NCBI GenBank assembly: GCA_021789435.1
Contig: JAJYJO010000002.1
Span: 3,713 to 67,712 of the forward strand
Reading direction: 5' to 3'
DNA: 64,000 nucleotides
Origin: Chloroflexota bacterium
GTDB lineage: Bacteria > Chloroflexota > Limnocylindria > Limnocylindrales > CSP1-4
Part shown: positions 8,775-16,526 of the stretch, piece by piece
Numbering within the stretch: the stretch's first letter is position 1
How the letters are laid out: each line of letters begins with the position of its first letter
Notes under the pieces: generated by a model
What the model was told of the DNA's origin: nothing
The model's database searches: none
Seen by the model: the letters and a program-made list of their open reading frames with translations, nothing else
Program-made: the position numbers and the translations under genes

Positions 8775-10433
8775 GTGCGGAGACCCATCGCCCTCTATGC
8801 GTTCGCCCTGCTCGTCCGGCTGGGGTTGATTGCGGCCTTCCCTCATCCGGCCTATGTCGATTCCTACTACTACGTCAACGTGGCGCAGGCGCTCCAGGCC
8901 GGCCACGGCCTCAACATCGACTTCATCTGGGCCTTCGTGGATGTGGGCGGCCGGCTGCCGGCGAACCCCCACCTCCCGATCCCGAGCAACGCCCACTGGA
9001 TGCCGCTGGCGTCCCTGGTCCAGGTCCCCTTCCTGGCCCTCTTCGGCTCGGCCTCCTGGGCTCCCCAGGTCCCCTTCGCCCTCTTCGGGGCGCTCGCCGC
9101 GCCGCTCACCTGGGCGATCGCGCGCGAGGCCGGGGCGAGCCGGTCGGTCCAGCTCGGCGCCGGCCTGCTGGGCGCGGTTCCGGCCGGGGCCACCATCTTC
9201 ATGAGCCAGCCCGACAACTTCGGGCTGTACGAGGTGCTGGGCGCGGCGGCCCTCTGGCTGACGGCGCGCGGGCTCCGGGGGGACAGCCGCGGCTTCGCCC
9301 TGGCGGGCCTGCTGGTGGGGTTCGCCACGCTGGCCCGCAACGATGGCGTGCTGATCGGGCTGGTGGTGGCCCTTGCCTTCTTCTGGGACCGCTGGCGGGC
9401 CTGGCGTTCCGGCGGCGGCCGGCGACCGGCCATCCCGTTCTGGTCCGCGGTCGCCTGCGCGGCGCTCTTCGCCGTGGTGATGGTCCCCTGGTATGCGCGC
9501 GAGCTGGCCGTCTTCGGCAGCATCTCGCCCTCGTCCTCGTCCGGCCGGATCCTCTTCATCCGGGATTTCGCCGAGATGAACAGCATCACCACGCCCACCA
9601 CCCTGGCCTACTTCCTGGGCCAGGGGATCGGGCCACTGGTCACGAGCCGCGTCCTGGGCCTGGTGGCGGCGGCCGCCAACTTCGCCGTCATCATCTGCTC
9701 GCTGGTGCTGGCCCCGTTCCTGGTGGTGGGGGCCTGGCGAAGGCGCCGATCCGGTGATTTCGGGCCGTTCCTGGTCTACTTCGCCGTCCTCTTCGCCTTC
9801 TCCGCCCTGGTCTCCGCGGTCCACGTACCGTACGGGACCTTCCTCCACTCTGCGGTGGCGCTCGCTCCGCACACCTACGTCCTGGCGCTTGAGGGCGTGG
9901 TCGCCGCCGTCGGCTGGGTGGCCCGTCGCCGTCGGTCCTGGCACGAGGAGCAGGCGGTGCCGGTCTTCCTGTGGGGCACGGTGGGCCTGACGATGCTGAC
10001 CGCGGCGGCCTTCACCGTGAGCGTGGTCAACGGCTGGACGGTGGAGCGGAACTACCAGCTGGCGGTCGCCGCGAAACTGGACCGCCTGGGGGTGCCGGCT
10101 TCCGACCGGCTGATGACGATCGACGCGGGCGGCTACCGCTACACGACCGGGCACGGCGGGGTGGTGACGGTCAACGACCCACTGCCGACGATCGAGCAGG
10201 TGGCGAAGGCCTACGACATCCGCTGGCTGGTCCTGGAGCGGGGCCACATCGTCCCGCCGCTGGTCCCGGTCCTGGGCGGCCAGGTCCACCAGTCCTGGAT
10301 CGGGCCGCCGGTGCTGACGATCCCCTCCTCCGTGGCGGCCGGCACGTATCCGGAGCTGGCGCTGTACCCGGTCTGCGTGGCGCCGGGCGACGCGCGCTGT
10401 GCCGCGTCGACAGCGGCCGGGGCCACGCCATGA
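8775..10433 (+). CDS. GT-C membrane glycosyltransferase, PMT_2/ArnT-like (GT39/GT83-like)
   Basis: 552 aa; N-terminal TM then loop 'HPAYVDSYYYVNVAQAL' (acidic/aromatic loop-1 motif), ~11 TM helices and a C-terminal periplasmic domain. It is a paralog of the next gene. Confidence 0.65.
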   Translation: MRRPIALYAFALLVRLGLIAAFPHPAYVDSYYYVNVAQALQAGHGLNIDFIWAFVDVGGRLPANPHLPIPSNAHWMPLASLVQVPFLALFGSASWAPQVPFALFGALAAPLTWAIAREAGASRSVQLGAGLLGAVPAGATIFMSQPDNFGLYEVLGAAALWLTARGLRGDSRGFALAGLLVGFATLARNDGVLIGLVVALAFFWDRWRAWRSGGGRRPAIPFWSAVACAALFAVVMVPWYARELAVFGSISPSSSSGRILFIRDFAEMNSITTPTTLAYFLGQGIGPLVTSRVLGLVAAAANFAVIICSLVLAPFLVVGAWRRRRSGDFGPFLVYFAVLFAFSALVSAVHVPYGTFLHSAVALAPHTYVLALEGVVAAVGWVARRRRSWHEEQAVPVFLWGTVGLTMLTAAAFTVSVVNGWTVERNYQLAVAAKLDRLGVPASDRLMTIDAGGYRYTTGHGGVVTVNDPLPTIEQVAKAYDIRWLVLERGHIVPPLVPVLGGQVHQSWIGPPVLTIPSSVAAGTYPELALYPVCVAPGDARCAASTAAGATP

Positions 10434-12121
10434 GCGCCCCGCGCACGCCCGCGCCGGACGCCTTCGTCCTGTCGCCCCGCGAGGCCTGGCTGAGTGCCGG
10501 CCTCGTCTTCCTGGTGGCGCTGGCCGTCCGGGCCGTCTCCGCGGCCGGGGTGCCGTTCCCGGTCCCGGAGGACACCGCCTACTACGTGGAGGTGGCCCGC
10601 AACCTGGTCCAGGGCCGCGGCCTGGTGAGCGACGCGCTCTGGAGCTACCAGACACCGGCCCTGGACCCGGCGACGGGGACCTTCGGGCTCTTCTTCCCGC
10701 GGCCGGCCTTCGAGGTCTGGCTGCCGCTGCCGAGCCTGCTGATGGCCGTCCCGATGCTGCTCTTCGGGCCGACCTTCCACGCCGCACAGGTCATGTCGGT
10801 CCCGGTCGGGGCGCTCGTGCCCGTGCTGGCCTGGCGCCTGGGCGCCGACGTGGCGGCGGAGCTGGGCCTGCCGGCGGGGCGGGCGCGGACGATGGCCCTG
10901 GGCGCCGGCCTCTGCGCCGCGGTGTTCGGGCCGCTCGTCCTGCACAACCTGCTGCCGGACTCCACGATGGTCTTCGCGGTCCTCGCTCTCTGGGCCTGCC
11001 TGCTGATGGAGCGGCTTGTCCGGGACGCAAGCGGGGGACGGCGGATCGCGTCGCTGGACCGCCGGCTGCTGGGACTGGGCGTCCTGCTGGGGCTGGCCGC
11101 CGTGACCCGCAGCGAGGCGGCCTGGGTCGCCCTGACCTGGGCGCTGCTGGCCTGGCTGGCCGTACCGGGAGCGCGCCGGGAGCGGCTCCGCCTGGTCGCG
11201 GTCCCGGCGGTCGTGGCGCTGGCGGTCTTCGCTCCCTGGGGGATCCGCGACTGGCGGATCTTCGGCTCGCCGCTGCCCGGTCAGACCGCGGCCAATGCCT
11301 TCTCCGTGACCGGCTTCGACATCTTCGCCTACCAGGTCCTGCCCACCCTCCAGCGCTACCTGGCGCAGGGTCCGGCGGCGCTGCTCCGGATGCGCGTGGA
11401 GGGCTTCGACCACAACCTCTTCTCCGTCCTCCTGATCCCCGCCGTGCCGGTCGGGCCGCTCGGCCTGCTGGCCCTGCCCTGGACCGGCCGGCTGCGGTCG
11501 CTCCGGCCACTGCTGATCGTGAGCCTCCTCACCTTCACCATCACGACCCTGGTCTTCCCGGTCGCCACGACCTGGGGCACCTTCCTCCACGCGGCCGGGC
11601 CGGTGCACGTCCTTCTGCTGGTCAGCTGCCTGGTGGCGCTCGACGCGGTGATCGCCCGGGTCGGGCGCTGGCGCGGCTGGACGCGGCCGGTCGCCTGGCT
11701 GGGCCCGGCCCTGGTGGCAGGGGTCGCCGCGCCCTTCCTGCTTCTGACGGTGACCGGGATCGGCAGCCTGGCAGCGGACACGCAGGCTCGCTACGCGGCC
11801 CTGCCGGGCCGCCTGGCGGCCGCCGGCATCCCGCTCTCGGCCGACGCGCCGGTCGTGACGGACTTCCCGATCTGGCTCTCCTACGCGGACGGCGTCCCGA
11901 CCCTGGCCCTGCCCGACGAGTCGCCGGCCAGCGTGCTGTCGCTCGCCCAGCGGTTCGGGGCCCGGCTGCTCGTGGTGCAGAGCAGCGGCCACGGCGCGTG
12001 GCCCCAGGTCATCGAAGGCCCGAACGCCCCGCCCGGGGCGGCCTGCTTCCAGGCGGTCCCGCTGCCGCCGGCCGGGGCCGCCCTGGCCGAGACGCGTGCG
12101 TACCTCATCGTCTGCCGCTGA
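10430..12121 (+). CDS. GT-C membrane glycosyltransferase, PMT_2/ArnT-like, tandem paralog of 8775..10433
   Basis: ATG 10430 overlaps the upstream stop (ATGA). Loop-1 motif 'PVPEDTAYYVEVARNL', many TM helices. It is in frame with the tail of the listed ORF 9971..12121. Confidence 0.6.
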   Translation: MSAPRTPAPDAFVLSPREAWLSAGLVFLVALAVRAVSAAGVPFPVPEDTAYYVEVARNLVQGRGLVSDALWSYQTPALDPATGTFGLFFPRPAFEVWLPLPSLLMAVPMLLFGPTFHAAQVMSVPVGALVPVLAWRLGADVAAELGLPAGRARTMALGAGLCAAVFGPLVLHNLLPDSTMVFAVLALWACLLMERLVRDASGGRRIASLDRRLLGLGVLLGLAAVTRSEAAWVALTWALLAWLAVPGARRERLRLVAVPAVVALAVFAPWGIRDWRIFGSPLPGQTAANAFSVTGFDIFAYQVLPTLQRYLAQGPAALLRMRVEGFDHNLFSVLLIPAVPVGPLGLLALPWTGRLRSLRPLLIVSLLTFTITTLVFPVATTWGTFLHAAGPVHVLLLVSCLVALDAVIARVGRWRGWTRPVAWLGPALVAGVAAPFLLLTVTGIGSLAADTQARYAALPGRLAAAGIPLSADAPVVTDFPIWLSYADGVPTLALPDESPASVLSLAQRFGARLLVVQSSGHGAWPQVIEGPNAPPGAACFQAVPLPPAGAALAETRAYLIVCR

Positions 12122-12146
12122 TAGCCGCCCGTATACTCGATCGACG

Positions 12147-13271
12147 ATGGACGCCGGACGGACGGGGACGGACGCGCGCGAGGGCCGCTTCGACGAGCTC
12201 TATGCCGAGGCGAAGGCGACCCTGGGCTATGGCGCCAACACGCTCCGCTCGATCAGCGAGCGCTACCGCGAGGTTTACCGCGACGCGCTCGCCCGCTGGC
12301 ACGCCCTGCGCGACGAGCTGGAGGCGGTGGATCGCGCGACGCCCGGCGCCGCCCCTCCGACAGACGCGGGTGACGCGGCCGCTGTGGACGGCCTGCCCGG
12401 ACCTGCCGGGGCGCTGGCGGCCGAGGCCGGCGCCGAGGATGCCCGCCGGCGGGCGCTGCGGTCGGACGTGGAGCGGATGACCGGCGACCTGGGCCGCCAC
12501 CAGGGCGAGCTCTCCAAGCTGGAGCTGACCGTCCGGAGCATGGAGAGCGGCTGGCTCTTCCTGGAGCGCGGCGACGTCAGCCTGCTCACCGAGCGCGACG
12601 TGCCCTGGTTGCCGACGGACATCCAGATGCGGATCGTGGAGGCCCAGGAGGCCGAGCGGTCGCGCCTGGCCCAGGAGGTCCACGACGGGCCCGCCCAGGC
12701 GCTCTCCAACGCGATCTTCCAGGTGGAATACATCGAGCGGGTGCTGGACCAGAACACCCGGCTGGCGCGGACCGAGCTGCGCTTCCTCCGGGAGCTGCTG
12801 CGCCGCGAGCTGGGCGACGTCCGGACCTTCATCAGCCAGCTCCGGCCCCCGCTCCTCGACGAGCTGGGCCTGGACGGGACGATCCTGGACGCCGTGGAGA
12901 ACATGGCCGCCCTCGCCGGCATCACCATCGAGACGGAGCTGGCCGCGCCGGGCGACCGGCTCTCCGACGTGGAGCAGGCGGGCGTTCTCCGGATCGCCCA
13001 GGAAGCGCTCCAGAATGTGCGCAAGCACGCCGGGGCCCGGCGGGCCGTGGTGGCCACCCGCCTCGAGGGGACCGACTGGGTCCTGGAGGTGCGGGACGAC
13101 GGCCGGGGCTTCGACATCGGCCAGGTGGCCACCCGCGGCCGCCGCAACTTCGGCCTCCAGTTCATGCGGGAGCGGGCCGACCTGATCGGCGCCCGCTTCG
13201 AGGTTCGTTCTCGCCCCGCCGGGGGCGCCATCGTCTGGCTCGCCATCCCGATCGGAGAGGAGGGTTCATGA
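12147..13271 (+). CDS. Cytoplasmic sensor histidine kinase, HisKA_3/DegS-like
   Basis: No TM; coiled-coil N-terminus. H-box 'LAQEVHDGPAQALSNAIFQVEYI', N-box 'QEALQNVRKHA', G1 'VRDDGRGFD', G2 'GLQFMRERA'. TATACT -10-like hexamer at 12132-12137 lies 9 nt before the ATG (leaderless). Confidence 0.75.
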   Translation: MDAGRTGTDAREGRFDELYAEAKATLGYGANTLRSISERYREVYRDALARWHALRDELEAVDRATPGAAPPTDAGDAAAVDGLPGPAGALAAEAGAEDARRRALRSDVERMTGDLGRHQGELSKLELTVRSMESGWLFLERGDVSLLTERDVPWLPTDIQMRIVEAQEAERSRLAQEVHDGPAQALSNAIFQVEYIERVLDQNTRLARTELRFLRELLRRELGDVRTFISQLRPPLLDELGLDGTILDAVENMAALAGITIETELAAPGDRLSDVEQAGVLRIAQEALQNVRKHAGARRAVVATRLEGTDWVLEVRDDGRGFDIGQVATRGRRNFGLQFMRERADLIGARFEVRSRPAGGAIVWLAIPIGEEGS

Positions 13272-14011
13272 GCGCAATGGAGTACCAGGGCCCGGAGCGG
13301 CGGCGCGGCGGCCCGGACCGTCGCGGCGGGGAGAAGACCCGCATCCTGCTGGTGGACGACCACGCCCTCTTCCGGGTGGGCATGCGCAACATCCTCGAGC
13401 GCGAGCCCGACTTCGTGATCGTGGGCGAGGCGGACGACACCCGCAGCGCCTTCGACGGTGCCGTGGAGAACGCCCCGGACATCATCCTGATGGACCTCTC
13501 GCTCCCGCCTCCCGGCGGCATCGAGACGACCCAGCGCATCAAGCGCGAGCTGCCCGCGGCGGGGATCATCGTCCTGGCCGTCAGCGAGGACGAGGACCTG
13601 CTCTTCGACGCGATCAAGGCCGGCGCGGCCGCCTTCATCCTCAAGGACATCGGCCCCGACGACCTGGTGACGATCATCCGCCGGGTCGCGACCGGCGAGT
13701 TCCTGATCAACGACAAGGTTTTCTCGCGGCCGGCCGTCGCCAGCCGGGTCCTCAAGGAGTTCCGCGAGCTGGCCATCTACGGCCAGGAGGCCGCCCCGAT
13801 CTTCGCCCCTCTCTCGCCGCGGGAGGTCGAGATCCTGGACAACATCGCCCAGGGGATGACCAACAAGCAGGTTGCCTATGCCCTCTCGATCAGCGAGCAG
13901 ACGGTCAAGAACCACATGAGCTCGATCCTCCGCAAGCTGAGCGTCAACGACCGGACCCAGGCGGTCGTCTACGCCATGCGCCAGGGCTGGATCCGGATGC
14001 CCGAGGACTGA
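13268..14011 (+). CDS. Response regulator, NarL/LuxR family (DegU-like)
   Basis: ATGA overlap with the kinase. Receiver 'RILLVDDHALFRVGMR ... IILMDLSLP' plus C-terminal LuxR HTH 'LSPREVEILDNIAQGMTNKQVAYALSISEQTVKNHMSSILRKL'. Confidence 0.8.
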   Translation: MSAMEYQGPERRRGGPDRRGGEKTRILLVDDHALFRVGMRNILEREPDFVIVGEADDTRSAFDGAVENAPDIILMDLSLPPPGGIETTQRIKRELPAAGIIVLAVSEDEDLLFDAIKAGAAAFILKDIGPDDLVTIIRRVATGEFLINDKVFSRPAVASRVLKEFRELAIYGQEAAPIFAPLSPREVEILDNIAQGMTNKQVAYALSISEQTVKNHMSSILRKLSVNDRTQAVVYAMRQGWIRMPED

Positions 14012-14017
14012 GGCAGG

Positions 14018-15244
14018 GTGAGCGACCCGCAGCCGGCCTCCCCGGCCTCCCCGGCCGGCCTGGCCGACCTGGCAGCCGGCACGCGCCGGCAGGTCGACCT
14101 GCTCGGGGTGGAGCTGGCGGAGATCGACCTGCTGGTCGCCCAGGCCAGGTCCGAGGCCGGCCGGCACGAGCAGAGGCGCGTCCAGGCGGCCGAGAAGAGC
14201 AAGGCGGCGACCGACCGCGGCGCCGACGCGGCCGAGCTCGCGGAGCTGGGCCGCCAGCTCGTGGCCGCCACCCGGCGGGCGGCCGTCATGGAAGCCCAGG
14301 TGGACGTGCTGGAGGGCAAGCAGAAGGTCCTGGGACGCTTCCGCGACAGCCTGGCCGGCGAGGCGGTGGTGCTGGAGCGGCTGGCCGGCGGTGGCGGGGC
14401 ATCCGGCGGCGCCGCGGCGGGCGCGCTCGGGCCGGCTTCGGCCACGGAGGGCGAGCCGGGCGTGCTGCCGGCCGGGGTCTCCCGGCTGCTGCTGAGCGCC
14501 CAGGAGGACCTCCGCCGGGACATCGCCCGGGCGATGCACGACGGCCCGGCCCAGAGCCTGACCAACATCGTCCTCCAGGCCCAGATCGTGGATCGCCTCC
14601 TGGGCCGCGACGCGGCCGCGGCGGCGGCCGAGCTGCGCCAGCTGGTGGCGATGGTCCAGGCGACGCTGGAGGCCACAAAGTCCTTCATCTTCGACGTCCG
14701 GCCGATGGTCCTCGACGACCTGGGGCTGGTGCCGACGATCCGGCGGGCGGCCCTGGAGCGATCCCGCCGCGCCCGCATCCCGGTCGCGTTCGAGTCGGTG
14801 GGACTGGACCGCCGCCTGCCGATGGACGTGGAATCGGGCCTCTTCCGGATCCTGGACGAGGCGACCGAGGCCTATCTCGGCCTCGAGCCGGACCGGGTGC
14901 TGATCGACCTCGACTGGTCGGAGCGGCTGGCCGCCCGGGTCCGCGCGGTGCGCGACGCGGCGCCACAGGCGGAGGAACCGGCCGCGGCCGGCGGGGCGTC
15001 GGGCCGGCGCCGCCTGCGCTGGGGACGCGGCCGCGACAAGGAGCCGGAGGTGCCGGCTGCTCTCGCCGCCATGATCGAGGAGCGCCGGAGCGCGGAGGAG
15101 GCCGCCCGGACACCGGCCCCGATCGGCCTGCCCGCGCCCGCCTGGCGAGCCATCCAGCAGCGGGCCGCGGTGATCTCGGTGAGCGTGGAGCTCGCCGATG
15201 AGGGGCGCGACCTGCGCGTCGGCTTCGAGCCCGGCCGGGCCTGA
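14018..15244 (+). CDS. DegS-like histidine-kinase paralog with degenerate catalytic (CA) domain, a putative pseudokinase or phosphatase
   Basis: Coiled-coil N-terminus and intact DHp H-box 'IARAMHDGPAQSLTNIVLQAQIV'. The N-box is replaced by 'LDEATEAYLGL' (no Asn/Lys/His), there is no DxGxG, and there is an Ala-rich insert. Confidence 0.55.
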   Translation: MSDPQPASPASPAGLADLAAGTRRQVDLLGVELAEIDLLVAQARSEAGRHEQRRVQAAEKSKAATDRGADAAELAELGRQLVAATRRAAVMEAQVDVLEGKQKVLGRFRDSLAGEAVVLERLAGGGGASGGAAAGALGPASATEGEPGVLPAGVSRLLLSAQEDLRRDIARAMHDGPAQSLTNIVLQAQIVDRLLGRDAAAAAAELRQLVAMVQATLEATKSFIFDVRPMVLDDLGLVPTIRRAALERSRRARIPVAFESVGLDRRLPMDVESGLFRILDEATEAYLGLEPDRVLIDLDWSERLAARVRAVRDAAPQAEEPAAAGGASGRRRLRWGRGRDKEPEVPAALAAMIEERRSAEEAARTPAPIGLPAPAWRAIQQRAAVISVSVELADEGRDLRVGFEPGRA

Positions 15245-15246
15245 CC

Positions 15247-15459
15247 GTGGGGACGGCGCTCCTTCGCGACGGCCGGGAGGCCCCGGCCCGCCTGCTGGCG
15301 GCCGCGCGCCGGCTCTCCCGGGAAGAGGCCCAGGGCCTGGTGGAGTACGGCCTGATCCTGGCCCTGATGGCCCTGGTGGCGGTCGTGGCCCTCACCTTCT
15401 TCGGCGGCGAGCTCTCGACCCTGCTCAGCGTGGTCGGCGGAGCGGCCAGCGCCGGTTGA
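15247..15459 (+). CDS. flp: Flp/Fap family type IVb prepilin (flp1); start uncertain
   Basis: C-terminal '...EEAQG|LVEYGLILALMALVAVVALTFFGG' matches the Flp processing and hydrophobic-core motif. GTG start immediately after the upstream stop. Confidence 0.6.
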   Translation: MGTALLRDGREAPARLLAAARRLSREEAQGLVEYGLILALMALVAVVALTFFGGELSTLLSVVGGAASAG

Positions 15460-15566
15460 GGGTGGTGCGTCCGCTCCTAGGACGAATTGCCTAATGGATT
15501 CTGCGGTCCGTGCCGCCTACAGTCCTGATGCCCCGCTCTGGGGTCCGCTCTCATCGGGAGGCTTGT

Positions 15567-15746
15567 ATGGCGCTCGTCAATCGGCTCTACGCGTTCCTCG
15601 CCACCTTCGGTCACGACGAGGAAGGCCAGGGTCTCGCCGAGTACGCGCTGATCCTCGCCCTCATCGCGATCCTGGCGATCATCGCCCTGCTCTTCCTGGG
15701 CGGCCAGGTCAAGACGATCCTGAGCAACGTCGGCAACTCGATCTAG
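15567..15746 (+). CDS. flp: Flp family prepilin (flp2)
   Basis: ATG 15567 with GGGAGG RBS. 'MALVNRLYAFLATFGHDEEGQG|LAEYALILALIAILAIIALLFLGGQVKTILSNVGNSI'. The last 132 nt (15615..15746) are 131/132 identical to flp4. Confidence 0.75.
   Translation: MALVNRLYAFLATFGHDEEGQGLAEYALILALIAILAIIALLFLGGQVKTILSNVGNSI
15615..15746 (+). repeat. 132-bp direct repeat (copy 1; copy 2 at 16372..16503), 131/132 identical, covering the mature-pilin-coding part of flp2 and flp4
   Basis: Direct sequence comparison; single C/T synonymous difference. Confidence 0.8.
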
Positions 15747-15768
15747 CTCGCCGTCTGCGACCGACAAC

Positions 15769-15801
15769 GTGAAGGCCGCGCCCGGTGGGCGCGGCCTTCA
15801 C
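15769..15801 (+). terminator. Perfect 15-bp stem / 3-nt loop GC-rich hairpin after flp2 (intrinsic-terminator-like, no U-tract)
   Basis: gtgaaggccgcgccc-ggt-gggcgcggccttcac, 23 nt after the flp2 stop. Confidence 0.5.
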
Positions 15802-15966
15802 GCGTCGGGACGCCGTTGACGGCGCCTCGCCGTCGCCACGAGCGTTCCCAACTGCCCGGCTGCGGGAGGGCCGCCACCGGTTCATCGCCGTCATCCCGGG
15901 TGCCGCGCACCACTGCCCTCGCCGGGGGAGAGGCGGGGAGCCTCGAAGGAAAGGAGGTGGTGGAGC

Positions 15967-16140
15967 GTGTCCAGCGCAGTCGCACTCATCTCATCCATCA
16001 TCCGGCGCGACGACCGCGGCCAGGGCCTGGCCGAGTACGCACTCATCCTCGCCTTGATCGCGGTCGTGGCGATCGTCTCGCTCATGTTCCTGGGGCAGAA
16101 CGTCCAGACGCTGATCAGCACCGTGGGAAGCTCGGTCTGA
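15967..16140 (+). CDS. flp: Flp family prepilin (flp3), 57 aa, below the ORF-track length cut-off
   Basis: GTG start preceded by AAGGAGGTG SD (15951-15959). 'MSSAVALISSIIRRDDRGQG|LAEYALILALIAVVAIVSLMFLGQNVQTLISTVGSSV'; stop TGA 16138-16140. Its 5' leader is homologous to that of flp4. Confidence 0.7.
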   Translation: MSSAVALISSIIRRDDRGQGLAEYALILALIAVVAIVSLMFLGQNVQTLISTVGSSV

Positions 16141-16180
16141 GCGGGCGGAGCAGGAAAGCACCGATACCGGCCCTGACCCC

Positions 16181-16209
16181 TTGACAGCCCGCGGACACGC
16201 GCATAGGGT
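16181..16209 (+). promoter_or_regulatory. Sigma-70-like promoter TTGACA-N17-TAGGGT upstream of flp4
   Basis: TTGACA at 16181-16186, 17-nt spacer, TAGGGT at 16204-16209. Confidence 0.4.
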
Positions 16210-16329
16210 GGCGCGGCCAGTCGACCAGGGAGGCGGTGGGAGCCAGCATCGGGCTCGGAAGCCTGCCCGGCCGTGACGGCAACCCCCGCCCGGGGGCGGG
16301 GAGTCTCGAGGAAAGGAGGTGCCCACCCC

Positions 16330-16503
16330 ATGACCTATCTCATGGCTCTCATCTCGTCCTATCTTCATCGTGACGAGGAAGGCCAGGGTCTCGCCGAGTA
16401 CGCGCTGATCCTCGCCCTCATCGCGATTCTGGCGATCATCGCCCTGCTCTTCCTGGGCGGCCAGGTCAAGACGATCCTGAGCAACGTCGGCAACTCGATC
16501 TAG
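16330..16503 (+). CDS. flp: Flp family prepilin (flp4), near-identical duplicate of flp2
   Basis: ATG 16330 with GAAAGGAGGTG SD. Sequence from the DEEGQG|LAEYAL processing motif to the C-terminus is identical to flp2; the DNA differs at one synonymous site (ATC/ATT). Confidence 0.75.
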   Translation: MTYLMALISSYLHRDEEGQGLAEYALILALIAILAIIALLFLGGQVKTILSNVGNSI

Positions 16504-16526
16504 CGAGCGCCGTCGTTCTCGATCCA

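Noticed and set aside
7455-10787. 1110-aa ORF on the minus strand (largest in the window)
   Set aside because: Only its last ~405 codons (7455..8669, GT87 protein with proper Met start and K-x-P motif) look real. The remainder is R/G/D/P-rich antisense translation of the genuine plus-strand GT-C genes 8775..10433 and 10430..12121, typical of ~70% GC DNA.
10211-11992. 593-aa minus-strand ORF
   Set aside because: Arg/Gly/Asp/Pro-dominated antisense of the GT-C gene 10430..12121; no domains, no start context.
12275-14539. 754-aa minus-strand ORF (and 12105..13028, 13162..13776)
   Set aside because: Antisense to the well-supported kinase/regulator genes; extreme Ser/Arg/Ala bias.
15567-16503. 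Possible CRISPR array or mobile-element terminal repeats suggested by the 132-bp direct repeats and palindromic hairpins
   Set aside because: The repeats are the coding sequences of two paralogous flp pilin genes with different 5' regions. The hairpins are transcript-terminator-like. There is no regular repeat-spacer periodicity, and no cas, transposase or integrase genes occur anywhere in the window.
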